Below are positions 27,101-42,100 of a stretch of DNA of 64,000 nucleotides, piece by piece. The stretch is from an uncultured Clostridia bacterium (GTDB lineage Bacteria; Bacillota; Clostridia; Christensenellales; UBA1242), in the NCBI GenBank assembly GCA_944381185.1, contig CALWKE010000002.1:217731-281730 (forward strand), in the 5' to 3' direction. Numbering within the stretch: the first letter of the stretch is position 1; each line of letters opens with the position of its first letter. The notes beneath the pieces are model-generated. The model was not told the origin of the DNA, ran no database searches, and saw only the letters and a program-made list of their open reading frames with translations. Both the position numbers and the translations under genes were made by a program.

Positions 27101-30100
27101 ACAAACAACTTATTTCACCTTCTATTATGACGGAGTAAAATACTATTATTTTAGCGGAAAAGTTTATTCACAATATGATCAATATGGCGAAACACATTTC
27201 TATGGTGAAATTTCGCCTGATTCAAATGGTTTTTATGAAGAATTTGATTATGCTAAAGCTGCAATTGATCCATCAACACAAACGGTTGTATTTTCAAAAC
27301 CTGTATTTACCTATTTAAATAGAACTTACTATTTAAAAATAGAAACAACAATTGATGGTAAAACTGTTTACACACTTCATTCTGATTTCTTCTGCACAAG
27401 TGATCCGATTGATTTTGTTAGTGCTTATGGTTATAAAAATTATTCAATAACTGGCAGTAACACAAGCTTTTCTTTAACTCTTGTAAGATATTCAGTTTCA
27501 ATTCAATCATCTTTAATTAGTAACACTTATTATATAAATCCAGAGAGTGAATATATTTTCACTAATTTTGAGTGCACACAAATTTTAGATTCTGGTGATG
27601 ACAAATATGAAATTGATTTAGATAATTCAAAATTCATATTATATAACACCTACAGAACTATGGTGAAATTTAATGTAAGTGGATCAACTAATTATAATGG
27701 AACTTATTATTTTATAGATTCATCATTAGTTTTATTTGAAAAAGTTAACGAAAACTATAATTCAATTAAGAAATTTGTTTATTATGGTGTTTCAATTGAT
27801 GCAACAAATAAAAAACTTTCAGCAAATTTTGGAACAACTTTGATTACAAAAGTAACAACTATCAATAATGGAAGTTTCAATATTAATATATCAAATGGCG
27901 AAATAGAAATTACTAGTGATACTTCTATTGTTGATGCAAAAAATGCTTATCAAACAGTTAATAAGTACTTCGGTTCTTCAAACACATCAATAACTGCAAC
28001 TGCCTACCCAACCGATATGGAATTGAGTGCGTTTTTGATTGGAGATGATTACTATTACATTAATGAAAAATCAAATGAATTAACAATTTATGCAGAAAGC
28101 AATTTCACAGAAGGTAAAATTTTAGCCGATAAAATGTTGTGGACAATTTCTGAAGATTTGCAATCAATTCAAAATATTAGATATTTTTCAACTAAACTTG
28201 GTCGTGTTTTTGAAAGTGACGATGAAACATACACATTATATGACCTTTATAGTGATGCGGTAACCAGTGATAACTATAAGCTTGATGAAATATTTGTAAA
28301 AATTGGCAATAAAAGTGATATTTTAGATAGCAGGGTTGCCTATGCAAACAAAATAACACTTTTTGGCAATTCTTTCTATTATGAATCAAAAACATATTAT
28401 ATTAACCCTGATGAATTCCAAGAAGGAAAAGTTGCAACAATTTATAGTGATGAAGAGTGTACAACTAAAGTTGACGACATTGAACTATTCTATAATGACC
28501 AGTTCACTTTAATTCAGATAACACAAAATGCAGAAACTAATGCAATTTCATTAGCACAAAGTATATATATTCACGACGTTTATTCTATTAAAGAAACTAA
28601 TGTAGACACAAATAGATACGAAATTACTTTGGGCAATCCTACATCTAATTCTCCATTAAATCCAACCATGTCAATTAATGGTTTTAATGTTGACTATAAG
28701 CAAGATTATACTGCTAAATCTAAAGAATCAATTTGCTATGCATATTATGATATTGATTCATACACACATTTAAATGAAGCAACAAATAATCATGAAACAC
28801 AATACTTTTTAACAACTCCAATTGCTAAAAATAGTGTAAAAATTGATGAAAATGGCAATGACATCACTACCCTTTTGTTCTATTATGGCGTTTCAAATTT
28901 TGATGAATTAAGAAATAATGGTTCAATCGTTTTAGGTAACGAAATTTTAAGAAGCACAGGTCACACTGCATTCAAAAACGCTATTGGTGCAAAAATTGAT
29001 AATAGTTGTTATTATTATGTAAATGAACTCGGTGACCCTAGCACTGTTTATGTTTATCAAGAAAAAACAAACCACAGCAATGGTCAAATCGTTTACAGTG
29101 AAACTGAATATTATGATGAACATGGAAACCTTTATGAAGGCGAAGTTTATATAAAACAAAGTGTCTTTTATACAGCATTATTTAAATCTAACAGTGAAAC
29201 TATTTCTGAAATGTCAAATTCAGAAACAAATATTGTAGATAATTATGAATTAAAGTTTAAAAGAACAACATCTACTGGCGATTTAATGTATCAAGTTGAA
29301 TATAACGGAAAAGTTTATTACTTTAGTGAAACAACCTCGCCAACTATTGGTGACAGATATGACCTTTACACAGCGAATGTTAAGACTGAAAACGGAAAAT
29401 CAACTGATTCTGGCTATGATGTAACAATTATTGATAGTTCAACAGCAAGGTTAAATTATCAGTCATTCACTCCGGGTGCAACTTCTGGTTATTTAACAGA
29501 CCAAAATGGAAATGTATATAACTTTAACTCATCTATCACAGCTGGTGACCAAGGTGGAAACTATTCTATTGTTTCAAATCTTGACCAAAAACAAGACCCA
29601 ATTGTTGAACTTCCTGGTGGAGCATATGATAACTTTAACAGTATAATTTATCAAATAAGAGATAATGACACATATTATTATCAAAACAATGTCGTTTACT
29701 CAATGGTTGATGAACCTCTTAACAAAATAAGATTTGTATTAAATTACACACTTTATATTTGTTATGATTCAACAAGTGCAGTTGTTCCAGTAAATCTTTA
29801 TGTAATAAACACTGTTGATAATTCTTCAACAGGTACCTATGACGGATATTGTTACATTGAAGATGGAAAAACCGTAAATGCTGGTCAAACAGTTACAATA
29901 ATAAAGCCATTAAAAGATAGTGCAGGAAAACAAATTAAATTTAGCGATCTTTACACTGCCCTCATCTCTGGTCAAAAATCAATTGACATGCAATTTTTGT
30001 ATGGATCATATCGTGACGATGCACAAATTTATTATTATGACGCTAATTCAACCTATTATTTATTAAATGGTGGAATTTATTATAAGTATGACGAAAAATC

Positions 30101-33100
30101 TTCATCATTTGTTGCTGCAACTGGTGAAGTTAACCCAGGCAGATTAACAAGAGTTAATTCAAAACAAAATGTTGGATTCTCATTCTATTATAACAATAAA
30201 TATTATTATGCTGATGCAGTTGATGGAAATGTTTATGAAGTAGACGCTTTAGATGGTCATAGGTCAAACAAAATTAATTCTACTTACAAATATGACACAT
30301 CTTCACAAACAATATATCTTTCTGACGGAACAACTATTTTTGCAAAATTTAATTATTCAAACAACACCGTAGTAATTGATGGTGTTACTTATCCTGCAGT
30401 AAAATCTGTATATGATTACTTTACAGAAAAAGTTTATTATTTAAACAATAATTCAAAACTTTACAAAGCAACAACTTTTGATAATTCAAATTCTGCATCA
30501 TATAAATTTGAAGATAGTGATTTAGTAACAGAATTTAACTATATTTATATATCAACTGACAACACATTTGAGTTCAGGCCAGCAGCAAGATATTTTGTTT
30601 TTGCTAACTACAAACTAACTGCAATCACAAGAGATAATGCAACTGAAGGTTCTGATAGTTTTGAATTAATTCAAGCAATTAACTCAAATGGTTATGCAAC
30701 ACACATTCCTTCAAACAGAATTATTACTCAAAGCACAGTTCAATATACAAATCAATCTGAATATTATAAAGAGCCAGAATTTGAAAATAAACTTGAAAGA
30801 AAAATTAAAAGTAATGTTGTAGAAGGTGGAAACTCAACCCACTATGTTTCTGGCGGACTTGAAAACTCTGACCTTATTACCCTTCTCGGTAAATTTTCTA
30901 TTTCAGACAGCACTGGTGCCGTTGTGACATATCCTTCATACTCAATTTTAATACCAACCACAACCGGTTCTGCTATTACTGATGAAGATTCTTATTACCC
31001 TGTTGATAACACAATCAGTAGCAATGCAACAGAAGGTTTCCCTGGTGTAACAATGATTGATGGCGTGCCATACATAAATCAAATGTTTGTTTTTGATGTT
31101 TATCACAAACAAGGTATGCCAGCCGAAGTTGACCTTTCTATCTTAATTAACAGTGGTTATTATGTTGAACTTATTTCAAGTATCGTTGAAAAAGAAAATT
31201 CACAAATAATCACAGACTTTTCAACGGTTACATTTAGAGATACTCTTGCTAACTTAAATGGTAATGATTACCTTGACAACATGTATTACATTGTTGATTC
31301 AATCAATTATGGAACAATAGCAGGCTACAGATTAGCAAGAAATGTTTCAGATAATTTAACACATGTTAATTACACAACTTATTACAATGAATATCGTGAT
31401 GATTCATCTCAATATGCATATATCTTTATGTATTTGAATGAATATCTTGAACTTTCTGCTGAAGAAAGAAATTCATATTATGGTTTAATTTATGACCATA
31501 TAAATTACTATCAACTTTACACATCAGCGGTAAGAATAACTGATTGTGCAATGAATAGTGAACTTTCGGATAGTTTTATATATTATAGCGACACAACACA
31601 AATTGGTGATAATGGAAGCACTATTTATGTTGACCATATTTATAGACTTGTTAATGGTGCATTTTCTGAACTTATTGATGAAGAATGTGCAATTTGGGAA
31701 TCTTCTTCATCAAAGTTGACAGATATTCCATATTATGATATTCACACATATTATCAAGATGAAGAAGGTATGATTTACTTAACATCTGATATTGTAAGTG
31801 AAAATCAAAATGCTATTTGTGAAGGTCTTTCAGGTCTTGAACTTGGTGCAACATCTTCATCTTCTGCAGATGTTAATTATGATAATGTTATTGTTGCAGG
31901 TTTAACAACCGCATTTAAGGTTAAAACTGAAGATTTGCAAACTTCACCAACAAACAATTCTTTCCAAGGATATTGGCTTGATAAAGCAATATCTGTTATG
32001 AATGGTTCAGAATCAGCAAACGTTTATCTTGAGTGCTCAACTGAATCAGTCGTTTTGCTTGCCTCTCCTCTTATTACATTTGATGGTGAAATTTATTATA
32101 GATTAAAACAATGGAAAGTTTATTCTCGTGAAAATTCTGAATACTTAATGATTAATAATGATGCTATGGCTATCATTGGCGATGAACTTTATAGTCCAAT
32201 TTTAAGGTTTACATCTAACGCATCAGGTTATTACCTATTCCTTCCTGTTTATGAACGAGTATACTCTATTTCTCTTGCAACTGAAGTTCAAGATGGTTCA
32301 ATAAATGTTGGTGGTTCAGTAAGTATTGAATCTTCTTCTCCATCTGTATCAATTGATGAAGATGATTATCAAGATCAAACATATTTCATTGATTATTTAA
32401 AACCTAGCGATGAAAATTATTATTATTCATCAATAGAAACAAATACATTCTTGTATTTTACTGGTCACTTCAATTCAGAAGGAAGACCTTTGTTCAAACA
32501 ACTTGGTTTAAGTGATGACTATTCAAATTCATCATCTAAATCATATATGTTATTCTATTATAATGAATCAATTACCACAAGATATAAACTTGCAACATTC
32601 GTTGGTCAAAATATGATCAGCTGTGAAGATGTTGATGTTTTGTCAGGTGTTTTAAAAGAAGGAAAATCTGGTTTAATTAGAGTAACAAATAATAACGGTC
32701 AATATAGATTTTCACAAAACTATAGTTATGAACAAACTCTTTCAACTGTTAATGTGTTCTACGATAGTTATAGTTTTAGACCATATGTTTATAATGGTGA
32801 ACAATGTTATATTTACTCATCAAATTCAAATTATAACTATTACACAATAACTGAAATTCTCTCATACTCAATGTCTACTGAAAGAGTTGAAGAAGAAATT
32901 AACACAACTTATAAATTTAGAGTTGTATTGCAAAATAACTCATTCTATATTATTTCTGACGCAACATATAAAAATATAATTGCAAATTCATCAATAACTA
33001 TTGATGGCTTATTGACTTCGCAAAACAAAATTGCAAACCTTGTTGTTCTTAACTTTAATGTTGCAAGACAATCTTCTGATGATAATTACAGACAACCATA

Positions 33101-36100
33101 TTATTCAAATGCAAGCAACAATTTAAATAGTGGCGAACTTTATGCTGATGAAAATGGAAATGTTTACTCTACCCTTCAATATAAGACAAATTATTACGAC
33201 AGAGATTCTGAAATATTGCTCAAAGCCACTGCAAAAACTGGCTACAGGCTTGAAGGTTGGTATCTTGCTACATTTGATGAAACTTATGGTTGGCAAGTTT
33301 CAGAAAATGATATAACAAGTGAAATTTCAACAAACTATTCAGATGAAATTATTAAAACAGAGTTTGCAAATTCATCTTATGTAACAACCTACACTTTGTC
33401 TAAAAAGAGATATTTGCCAAATGGTCAAACAACAAATATGACCTATTCAATTTCATCAAATGTTTATATTGATGTTCTGTTCTCTGATGACATGAGTGAA
33501 GTTCCATCATCTGTTGTTTCAAATTATGCAGGAATTTTTGCTAATTTAGGTTCTTCAAGAACATCTCCATATTTTGTTCAAGTTTATAGCAAAAATGGCA
33601 GCACAACAGATTTGTATTATGATGCAGAATTCACAAAACCTTTAAAATTAACTGACTTTAGTGTTAGAGTTGCATCATTTAATGATTTGTGGACAAATAA
33701 CTATATTGGTTATATGAACTTCTATGATGCAGTTATGACTAACTACACTTATGAAGGCACAACTGTTAAAACAGATTTCCAACAACTTTCTAATGGTGAT
33801 TATATTTCACAAAGCATTAAATACACATTTAATTCTCAAGAAGTATATGCTATTTATAGGTATAATGATAGAACATTCTCTTATGATATTTCTTACTACA
33901 GAAATTATGAAAATGGAAATTATTATGTTGATGAAAATAATGTTTTACATATAACTAATCTTCATTCAAATATAAGAATTGTCGCTAAATTTATTGAAAT
34001 ATATAAAGCGTTTGTATTTAATGAAGCAGAAGAAGAATCTGGCATTTCAGTTGAAGCACTTTATTATTACAACGAAGATGATTCAAAAACAACAATTAGA
34101 ACAAGTGCCAGTGGTTCAAATTTAACGAGTGATGACATTAAACTTGATGGTGCAAATAACTATTTTGGTGCAATGGCACTGGAAAATGGCAACCCATATA
34201 GGTTTAGTTTAATGAATGATGAGAGTGATACATCAAAAACATTGTTTAGTAACACTGAAAGTGACCCATCAAAAACTTATTTTGATACCATTTATAATCA
34301 AACTTCAAAAAATAATTTTAATGCCCTATCACAATTAGCTGGTGGAACAGGTTCATTTGAAAAGAATGCTTATGCAATTTATCGTTCAGATGATTATATG
34401 ATTTCGCTTCGAAATTTCTATTTTGATTCTGGAACAACAATATTCTTATTAATTCGACTTGAAAGTGGTCAACAACTTTCTATTCACTCACTTGGTTTAA
34501 ATCAAAATTATGTTCTTAATTTCTTATTTGAACCAGATATGAATGCAGTTGAATCTTTAAATGAAGATATTGACTATGTTTATTATATTTTAAAAGTAAC
34601 TTTTGATAAAAATATGGAGCAAACAAATGGTTTAACAACAACCATGGGAAATCAAAACCCAGAATATGTTTTGCATCCAGAAAAAGCTATGAATTTAACA
34701 TCTGATGTTTTATCAGGTAACAACATTGATTTTTATGATTCATACTTTGATACCTTCTTAAAATTTAACACAAGCTATTCATCAGATATCAATATGTCAG
34801 AAACAAATTATTTAAAAGTTGTTTCTGGTTCTAATGAATTTGACTTAAAAATAGCATACAATATTGTTTCTACTGCAAAATATGCAAAATCATTCAGTTT
34901 CTCACAAACCATGGCAGAAACACTTTTCTATTGGCTTGTAAAAAACAAAAATCAAGGATTAATAGACCTTGTTAATGATGATACCTTGTATAAGAAAGTT
35001 GTTCAATTTGGAAGTGATGATGTTAAAAATTATACCTTTAATTTTTCAGACTATTTAACTGAACAATCTTCTTATCAAACAAGATATAATGCAATAAAAA
35101 CTTACATTATTGAAGCCTTCAAAATGATTTATTTGACTCAAAAATCAAATAATGCTGGCTATAATTTTGTCAGGGCGGTTCAAACAGTTGTTGATTATTT
35201 AGACGAAGTTGGTATTGAAATTGAAATCAAAACAAAAGCTGGCGAAGAAGTTAACTATAAAACACTTTCAACAATCAATTATTATTTAACCGTATCTGGT
35301 GATTTGTATATTAATCAAGTTTTAATAGATTTAATTCTTGATTCAATTGTTGAAGTAATTTCACCAAATAGTTCATTAAGAGATAATTTAACAATTTATA
35401 CTGCAAATATAGTAGCAGAATTGCAATATAGAACATATTCTCGCCTTTCTGATTTTGTTCGTGATTTAAATCAGATTATTTATGCAGCAACTTATAAAAG
35501 TGAAATATTTAGTATTGACTATGTTCTTTATTCAAAAACATATTATGAAATGTTGTCTGATGTTGAAACAGACCAAGTTTCTTATGAAAACTACATAAGT
35601 TCTGCAACATCAACTCGTGAAAATAATATGTTAAATGGAATAAACAAAATATTCTATAACTCAATTCAAAAATTTGCAAATTATTCAATTTCATCTTCTG
35701 CATCTGATGCTATTACATCTGTTGAAGGCGGATTATCTTTGATTGAACCAAAGAATATCTATACCTATGGTGGACCATTTGCAAATGGAATTATCAACTA
35801 TATAAATCTTTCAAGTATTAAAATTTATACTGTTTCTGTTTCAACATCAATTATTGACACAGTAAACATATCAAGCGATGACTCACTTGATGATCAAGTT
35901 GTTGTAAGCAGTGACACAAACTTTATGCAAAACCCATATTATATTTTGGATGACACCATCTATACGGCTGGTGGAGTTTCATCAAGCCTTGGTGATTTAA
36001 CATATATTGGTGGAGCTTATCAAGAAGATATCACTTCTACCCCAGTAAGATATAATATTGGTTATAAAAAATATCAAACATTCACAAATAAGTTCTATCA

Positions 36101-39100
36101 TAGTAGTGATAGTGAACTTTATATTCGTGAAGGTGATGACATCAATTATAGTTCATATGGCGATGTAACATTTGCGGAATATTCAATTATTCTTTTAGGT
36201 GGATTAAGAATAAAATATGGTCCTAGAGGTGGTTCAGCTAACATTGGTTCAAGCAATCCATATGATGATGTTTTAACCAGAACATCAAATAGCGAAACAT
36301 TTTTTAGTGCATCATATAAAGCTATATATGATGATTATGGCAACTTATATTATGTAATGCAAAATGATGAAACTAGAGAAATATATATTTATTCAAATGA
36401 TTATAGCACAATATATATCTTGCCAACTGGAAGCATTAACTATTCTTCAGTTAACAGTTTTGAAGATGCTCAAGAACATATTTCTAAAGCATATCATTTT
36501 GCTGGTTGGTATTTGCAAACATTCAATGAAGATAATGGCATGTGGTCAAATATGGAATGCGTTTCAACTGACCTTTACAGACCATTTGTAACAACTGCAA
36601 CGTCAAATATTAATATTGCAGCAATTTTTGCAGAAGTTACAAATTTAAAAGTAACCTATGACCCAGAAACTGTTAATGTTTCATTTGAAACAGATGAAGA
36701 CTCATGTGGAAATAAAACTTTAACAACAGTTAATCCAGACGGAACAGAAACTCTTTCTGGTTGGTTCTATTATTCTTCAAATCCAATTTTAATGGTTTCA
36801 CCTCTTGGTGGATTTAGAATTGCTAATTCATTTGACTTTACATATAAAACCATGGATGGTGACACATTCAGTTATAATGTTGACTTAAAAAATAAAGAAC
36901 AAACAGATGGCAATAATGTGGTAACAACTTTTGATGCTGAATTGTTTGGATTCTTGCACTACAATCAAGATACTGCAAAAATTGAAGAAGCAAACTTCAA
37001 TGACATTTCATTAACTGATGTTTCATATTTACAAGTTAATTTTACTGAACTAATGAAAACATTCAACAAAGATGGAGACGAACTTGCTAGTGCATTTGGA
37101 ACATTTGATTTTACGCTAAACACTGAATTCATTGTTCTCACCTACTTTGTTGTTGAAGGTTATGTTGAATCAGATGAAATAACTGGTGACGATGTTGTTA
37201 AATCAAGCATTGCACTTTATTCTTATAACAATGTTAAGAATGAAATTGATGAAGTATTTTTCTTGACAAATAGTGGTAATGATGTTTCTACTCTTGAATT
37301 TAACGAAAGATATCCTGTTGGAAAAGATAGTGCTAATAACACAATAGTTGTTGAATTACAAGGTTCTTCATTAATTTTCTATGGATACTTTGATTATGAA
37401 AAATATAATTCATATATTGATTCATCTAATCCGGGAAATACAAATGAATTTAGTTTAGTTACTGGAATTTACCATGATAATTCAGTAACAACAAGTGAAG
37501 AATATTCTGCTTGGCTCACAAATTTAACAAACATGATTACGGGTGTTAACTTTACAGGAAATTCATTAAATAACTCACCTAACACAATTAAAAACGAAAA
37601 AGTAATTTATTTCTATTATGGAAATAATCAAACTGACGCACAAGATATCAATTCGGGTGCAAATCTTGACCAAAGTTATCACATAATACATTTAAGAGCA
37701 ACAAAGAGTGTTAATTCAATTTTAACAGTTGAAGAAAACTTCTATGAAGTTAAAACTGATGGAACTGTTGATAAAGTTGATGTAAACCCTACTGTTCCAG
37801 TTCCTATTATGCTTATTTATAACACAGATTATTATGGAGAAATTGGTGTTAATGAAGGTGCATTAAAAGGCAATAATGGTCAACTTACATTTGAAAATAA
37901 ATTTAGTGCACAATATAAGTTTGGTAAAAATGCTGGTGATAATAAAAATTCATATTTAACTCTTTCAATTTCAGAAGATTATGAATATTATTATGACAAA
38001 GCAACTGATACCTATTATAAGTTTGTTGGTTACTACACAAATTCTGACCAAATTATCAAAAAAGATAATACTGATTTAATTTATAACTTTTCAGAATTGC
38101 CTGGCGGAACAATTCATGCAGTGTTTATAAAAATAATGCCAATATCAATATATGTAACTTCTGGTGGAAGTTATAGTATTGAAATTAAGAATAACACTTT
38201 ACTAACTTCAGGTTTCTGGAAAGATACAATTGGAAATTCAATTGAAGGAACATCTGGAATTAGCCTTGATATCGGAACCGCTAATAGATATTTTTCAACT
38301 GAAACAAATTCAGTTATAACAGATAAAAGTTTTAATTATGTTATTTATGGAAGCAATGTAACAATTAGCCCACTAGCCACTGATGGTTACGCAATTAGTT
38401 CAGTGACAGTTGATAATAATTTAATTACTGATGAAAATAACTATACAACCAAAATTGAGTATTATGACCAAACACATACTTTCCAATATATCTATTCAAA
38501 TGCTCATATTGTAACAATAAAACAATATCAACTTTCATCTTTAAGTGAATCGGCTATTGCTGAATTATATAACGATAAATCTCTTGCGAAACTTTTTGTT
38601 AAACAAATTGATTTTAATGATGCTGACTTTTTAAATTCACTTATATTTGATAGATACACAAACGCAAATATTGATAAAGTTAATATGAAACTTTCACTTG
38701 CTGATGGTGCAGATTTTTATATTTATTTCTTTGCCCCATCAACAATGCAATTTGTTGGCTTCTATAAAAATGGAGTATTGATTGCAGGTTCAAAAGATAT
38801 AACACCACTTAAGTCAATAACTATTGGTGGCGAAACATACACTGTTTATGAATTAAGATTTAGTGAAGTTAATAATGGCAAAGGTGCGATTAGTGACCTT
38901 TCTCTTGAAGTTAGATTTTCATCTATTGTCACATTTGAAACAATTATTGATGGCTTAACTCCTGATAATTCTGGTGAGTATCCTTATGATAATATTTTAG
39001 ATGACTCACAAATGGAAGTTGTGTTAGATGATGATAAAAACATTATTGAATATGTTATTTCTAAAACTTCTAACGGAAATCAAACATTAGGGTTAAATAC

Positions 39101-42100
39101 TAATAAAACTAATCCAATAAGTATTTCATCTGGTGATGTTATTGACTACAATATCTTCACAGTTCCTAATGCTGAATATTCATTTGTTAACTATTTCTTC
39201 TACAAAAAATATGAAGCTACAAGATTAAGCAGTTCAGCAACCAACAATGTTTGGTATTCAGTTAACTATGAAGGTCAAACATATTTCTTCAGAGAAGATT
39301 TAACAGACCTTTATGAAACAATGGATGAAGAAAACGGAGTTCCAACTGGTGATCGAGTTGGTGTTAATGCAACTCTTGATGAATCTGGCAAATATGTTCT
39401 TGTTGAATCAATAATCAGTTATAATTCAGACACAAATATCACAATTAACTCAATTATGATTGATAATATTTTAGATGGTCAACCTTTAAGAATATATGCA
39501 AAATTCGCTCAGGTTGTTAAATTAACATTTACTAAATCAGTTAACCCACATAATGATGATAAAAACTTCTATGAATCACCTGAAACTAATGAAGAATTTT
39601 TGAACTATTTCAATGCCCTTATTGTTTACACAAACCCTAATGGTAATGAAACAACTGCAACTTTAAGTGATGGTCTTTCAACAACAATCACACTTGCAAA
39701 ATCTTCAACTGTTAGAGTTTATCCATATATTGCACCACAGGTTGAAAATAGATATATCACAACAGACACAATTTATATTTCAACTGAAAACACTTCTCGT
39801 GCAGAATTTAAAGCTGTTGATGGTGTGTTTACAATTTATACAAATGCAAGTTTAAACTCATACACAGACCTTTCAACAACTTTGCAATTCTATAGTGCAT
39901 ACACAATCACTATTAACAAAACAATTAATGGTGAAGGAATGGATGACAATATAACAAATGCAAATAAATCAAATGATATGATACATATGATTAATTTGTC
40001 ATCATTGGCTGAATATTCTGATGGTAGTTTGCCTGTTTCAGATACTCATTATTTAACAAGTTATGATTTGATTTATGAAGACATTAGAAACACCACAAGC
40101 ATAACAAAACTTGCTTATCATAATGCAGATTCATACACACTTACCTACCCAATCAGTAGAAGTTCTTCATCAGGAACTTATTACACAACTCAAACACTAT
40201 CAACCAGTCTTATGTCTGGAACCAACATTTCGAATTTGGTATTCTATGGTTGGTATTTAAATGGATATTTGTATTCAACAAATAGCACCATTACCCTTCC
40301 ATTAAATAATTTCATGCAGTTATCAACTGAAACTGATGGTTATATTATAATTTATAATAACAATTCAAATGAAAATGTTATAAGTTCTGTTGTTCCACTT
40401 TCTTATGATTCTAGTCAAGGAAATTATTCATTCATATTTAATGATACTACTTACAGAATTTCAAAAGGAACAGACCTTGAAAACTTCACAGGTAAAATTG
40501 AAGCTGGTGGAATATCTTTTGAATATGTTTACATGGCTTCAGATAATATCACATTCACCGCTTCTTACGGAACATTTACTAAAGTTTCATACACAACCAA
40601 CCCAATTCAAGAAGATGGAAATATTCTTGTAAATTCAACTCTTTCTGGTAACTTGTTAGGTATTACAACAAGCAATGAAGCAATAACTGGAAGTGTTGGA
40701 AACTATTATATTTACGATGACACAGCTTACTATAATATTTTGGCAAATTCAAAATTGCAAGATAGCATAGCAAATCTTGGTGACTATAAACTTTCTGCAG
40801 CTGTTCAATCATACACACTTAAAGAAGATAGTTTGAATAATCCAAATAATTCAGTTTACGCATTAACTGGGTCTAACCTGTTAATTACGGGTGGACATTT
40901 AATTGGCTATCGAGTTATTCGTTATGAATTTACCGGCAAACGACTTGTTATCAGGTCAACTCTTAATGGCGATGGTCAAATTGTTTATACATATTCAACT
41001 GAAGATATTGGAAATCGAAGTGTATCTGTTCTTTCTGGTGATAACTCAATGGGTTATATCAACCTTGGAACTAATGAAATTTTAACTGAAATTAAAGTAA
41101 CAGTTGTATTTGAAGAGGTTTATCAAGTTTCAACAACCGTTTCAACATTAGATAGTTATGATGACAATAATGTATCAAGTTCAACATCAACTAATGGTGG
41201 TTCAATTGAAGTTTATTCATACAACAGTCAAAGTTCTATTGATGTTAATGATGGAACATTCTATTCAAACACATATGATATGCTTTCAATAACACCAAAA
41301 GCAAATGATGGTTATACATTCGTTGGTTTATTCCTTGATGGACAATACCTTGGAGAAGACCAATTAGGCTATGACACTTATGCAAGAACCGAACCAATAA
41401 TTTTGGATTTAAAGAATTTAGGTTTTGCTGGTGATGATTGCAAGAGTATTTTGCTTGAAGCTAGGTTTGCTAAAAATATTAAATTTACAATTAGGCTTGC
41501 TATTGAAGATACAAACCTTCGTGATACAATTTATAACTTGTATGGAATAAGTGACAGAAATAGTGATTTATTCGATATAAAGATTACCCTTTCATCAATC
41601 TATTCTAACATTGTTTATGGTGCGTCTGGCGATGTTCCTCTTACTGAAGAAGAACTAACAAAGAGTATTTGGGATTATATGCCAGTTAAGGTCAATGTTG
41701 GTGACACCTATGACACAACTGAAAATTATTATTTTGAAGATGGAACGCCATATTCACGTGATGATGACGATGGTTATTGGGACGAATATGGAAAAGCAAC
41801 TCCAACTAACCCACTCTACACTCATGACGATGAATTTTTATATATTGAATTCACAGTTGCTTATGGAACTCATGTAGAATTTGAAGTTGCAAGTGAAGAC
41901 CCACAAATTCAATTTAATAATAATGTTAGAACTTATCACTTTAATGGTTGGTATTTATATAACAGAAATCAAATATCTCTTTCTAACTCTGTTATTGATT
42001 ATTCAACTGTTTTAGACCTTTATGCAACTCAAGACTATTATGGTTCAACAATTGAAATTATTGCTAAATATGATTTAGATGATGTTAGCGAAACAATTTC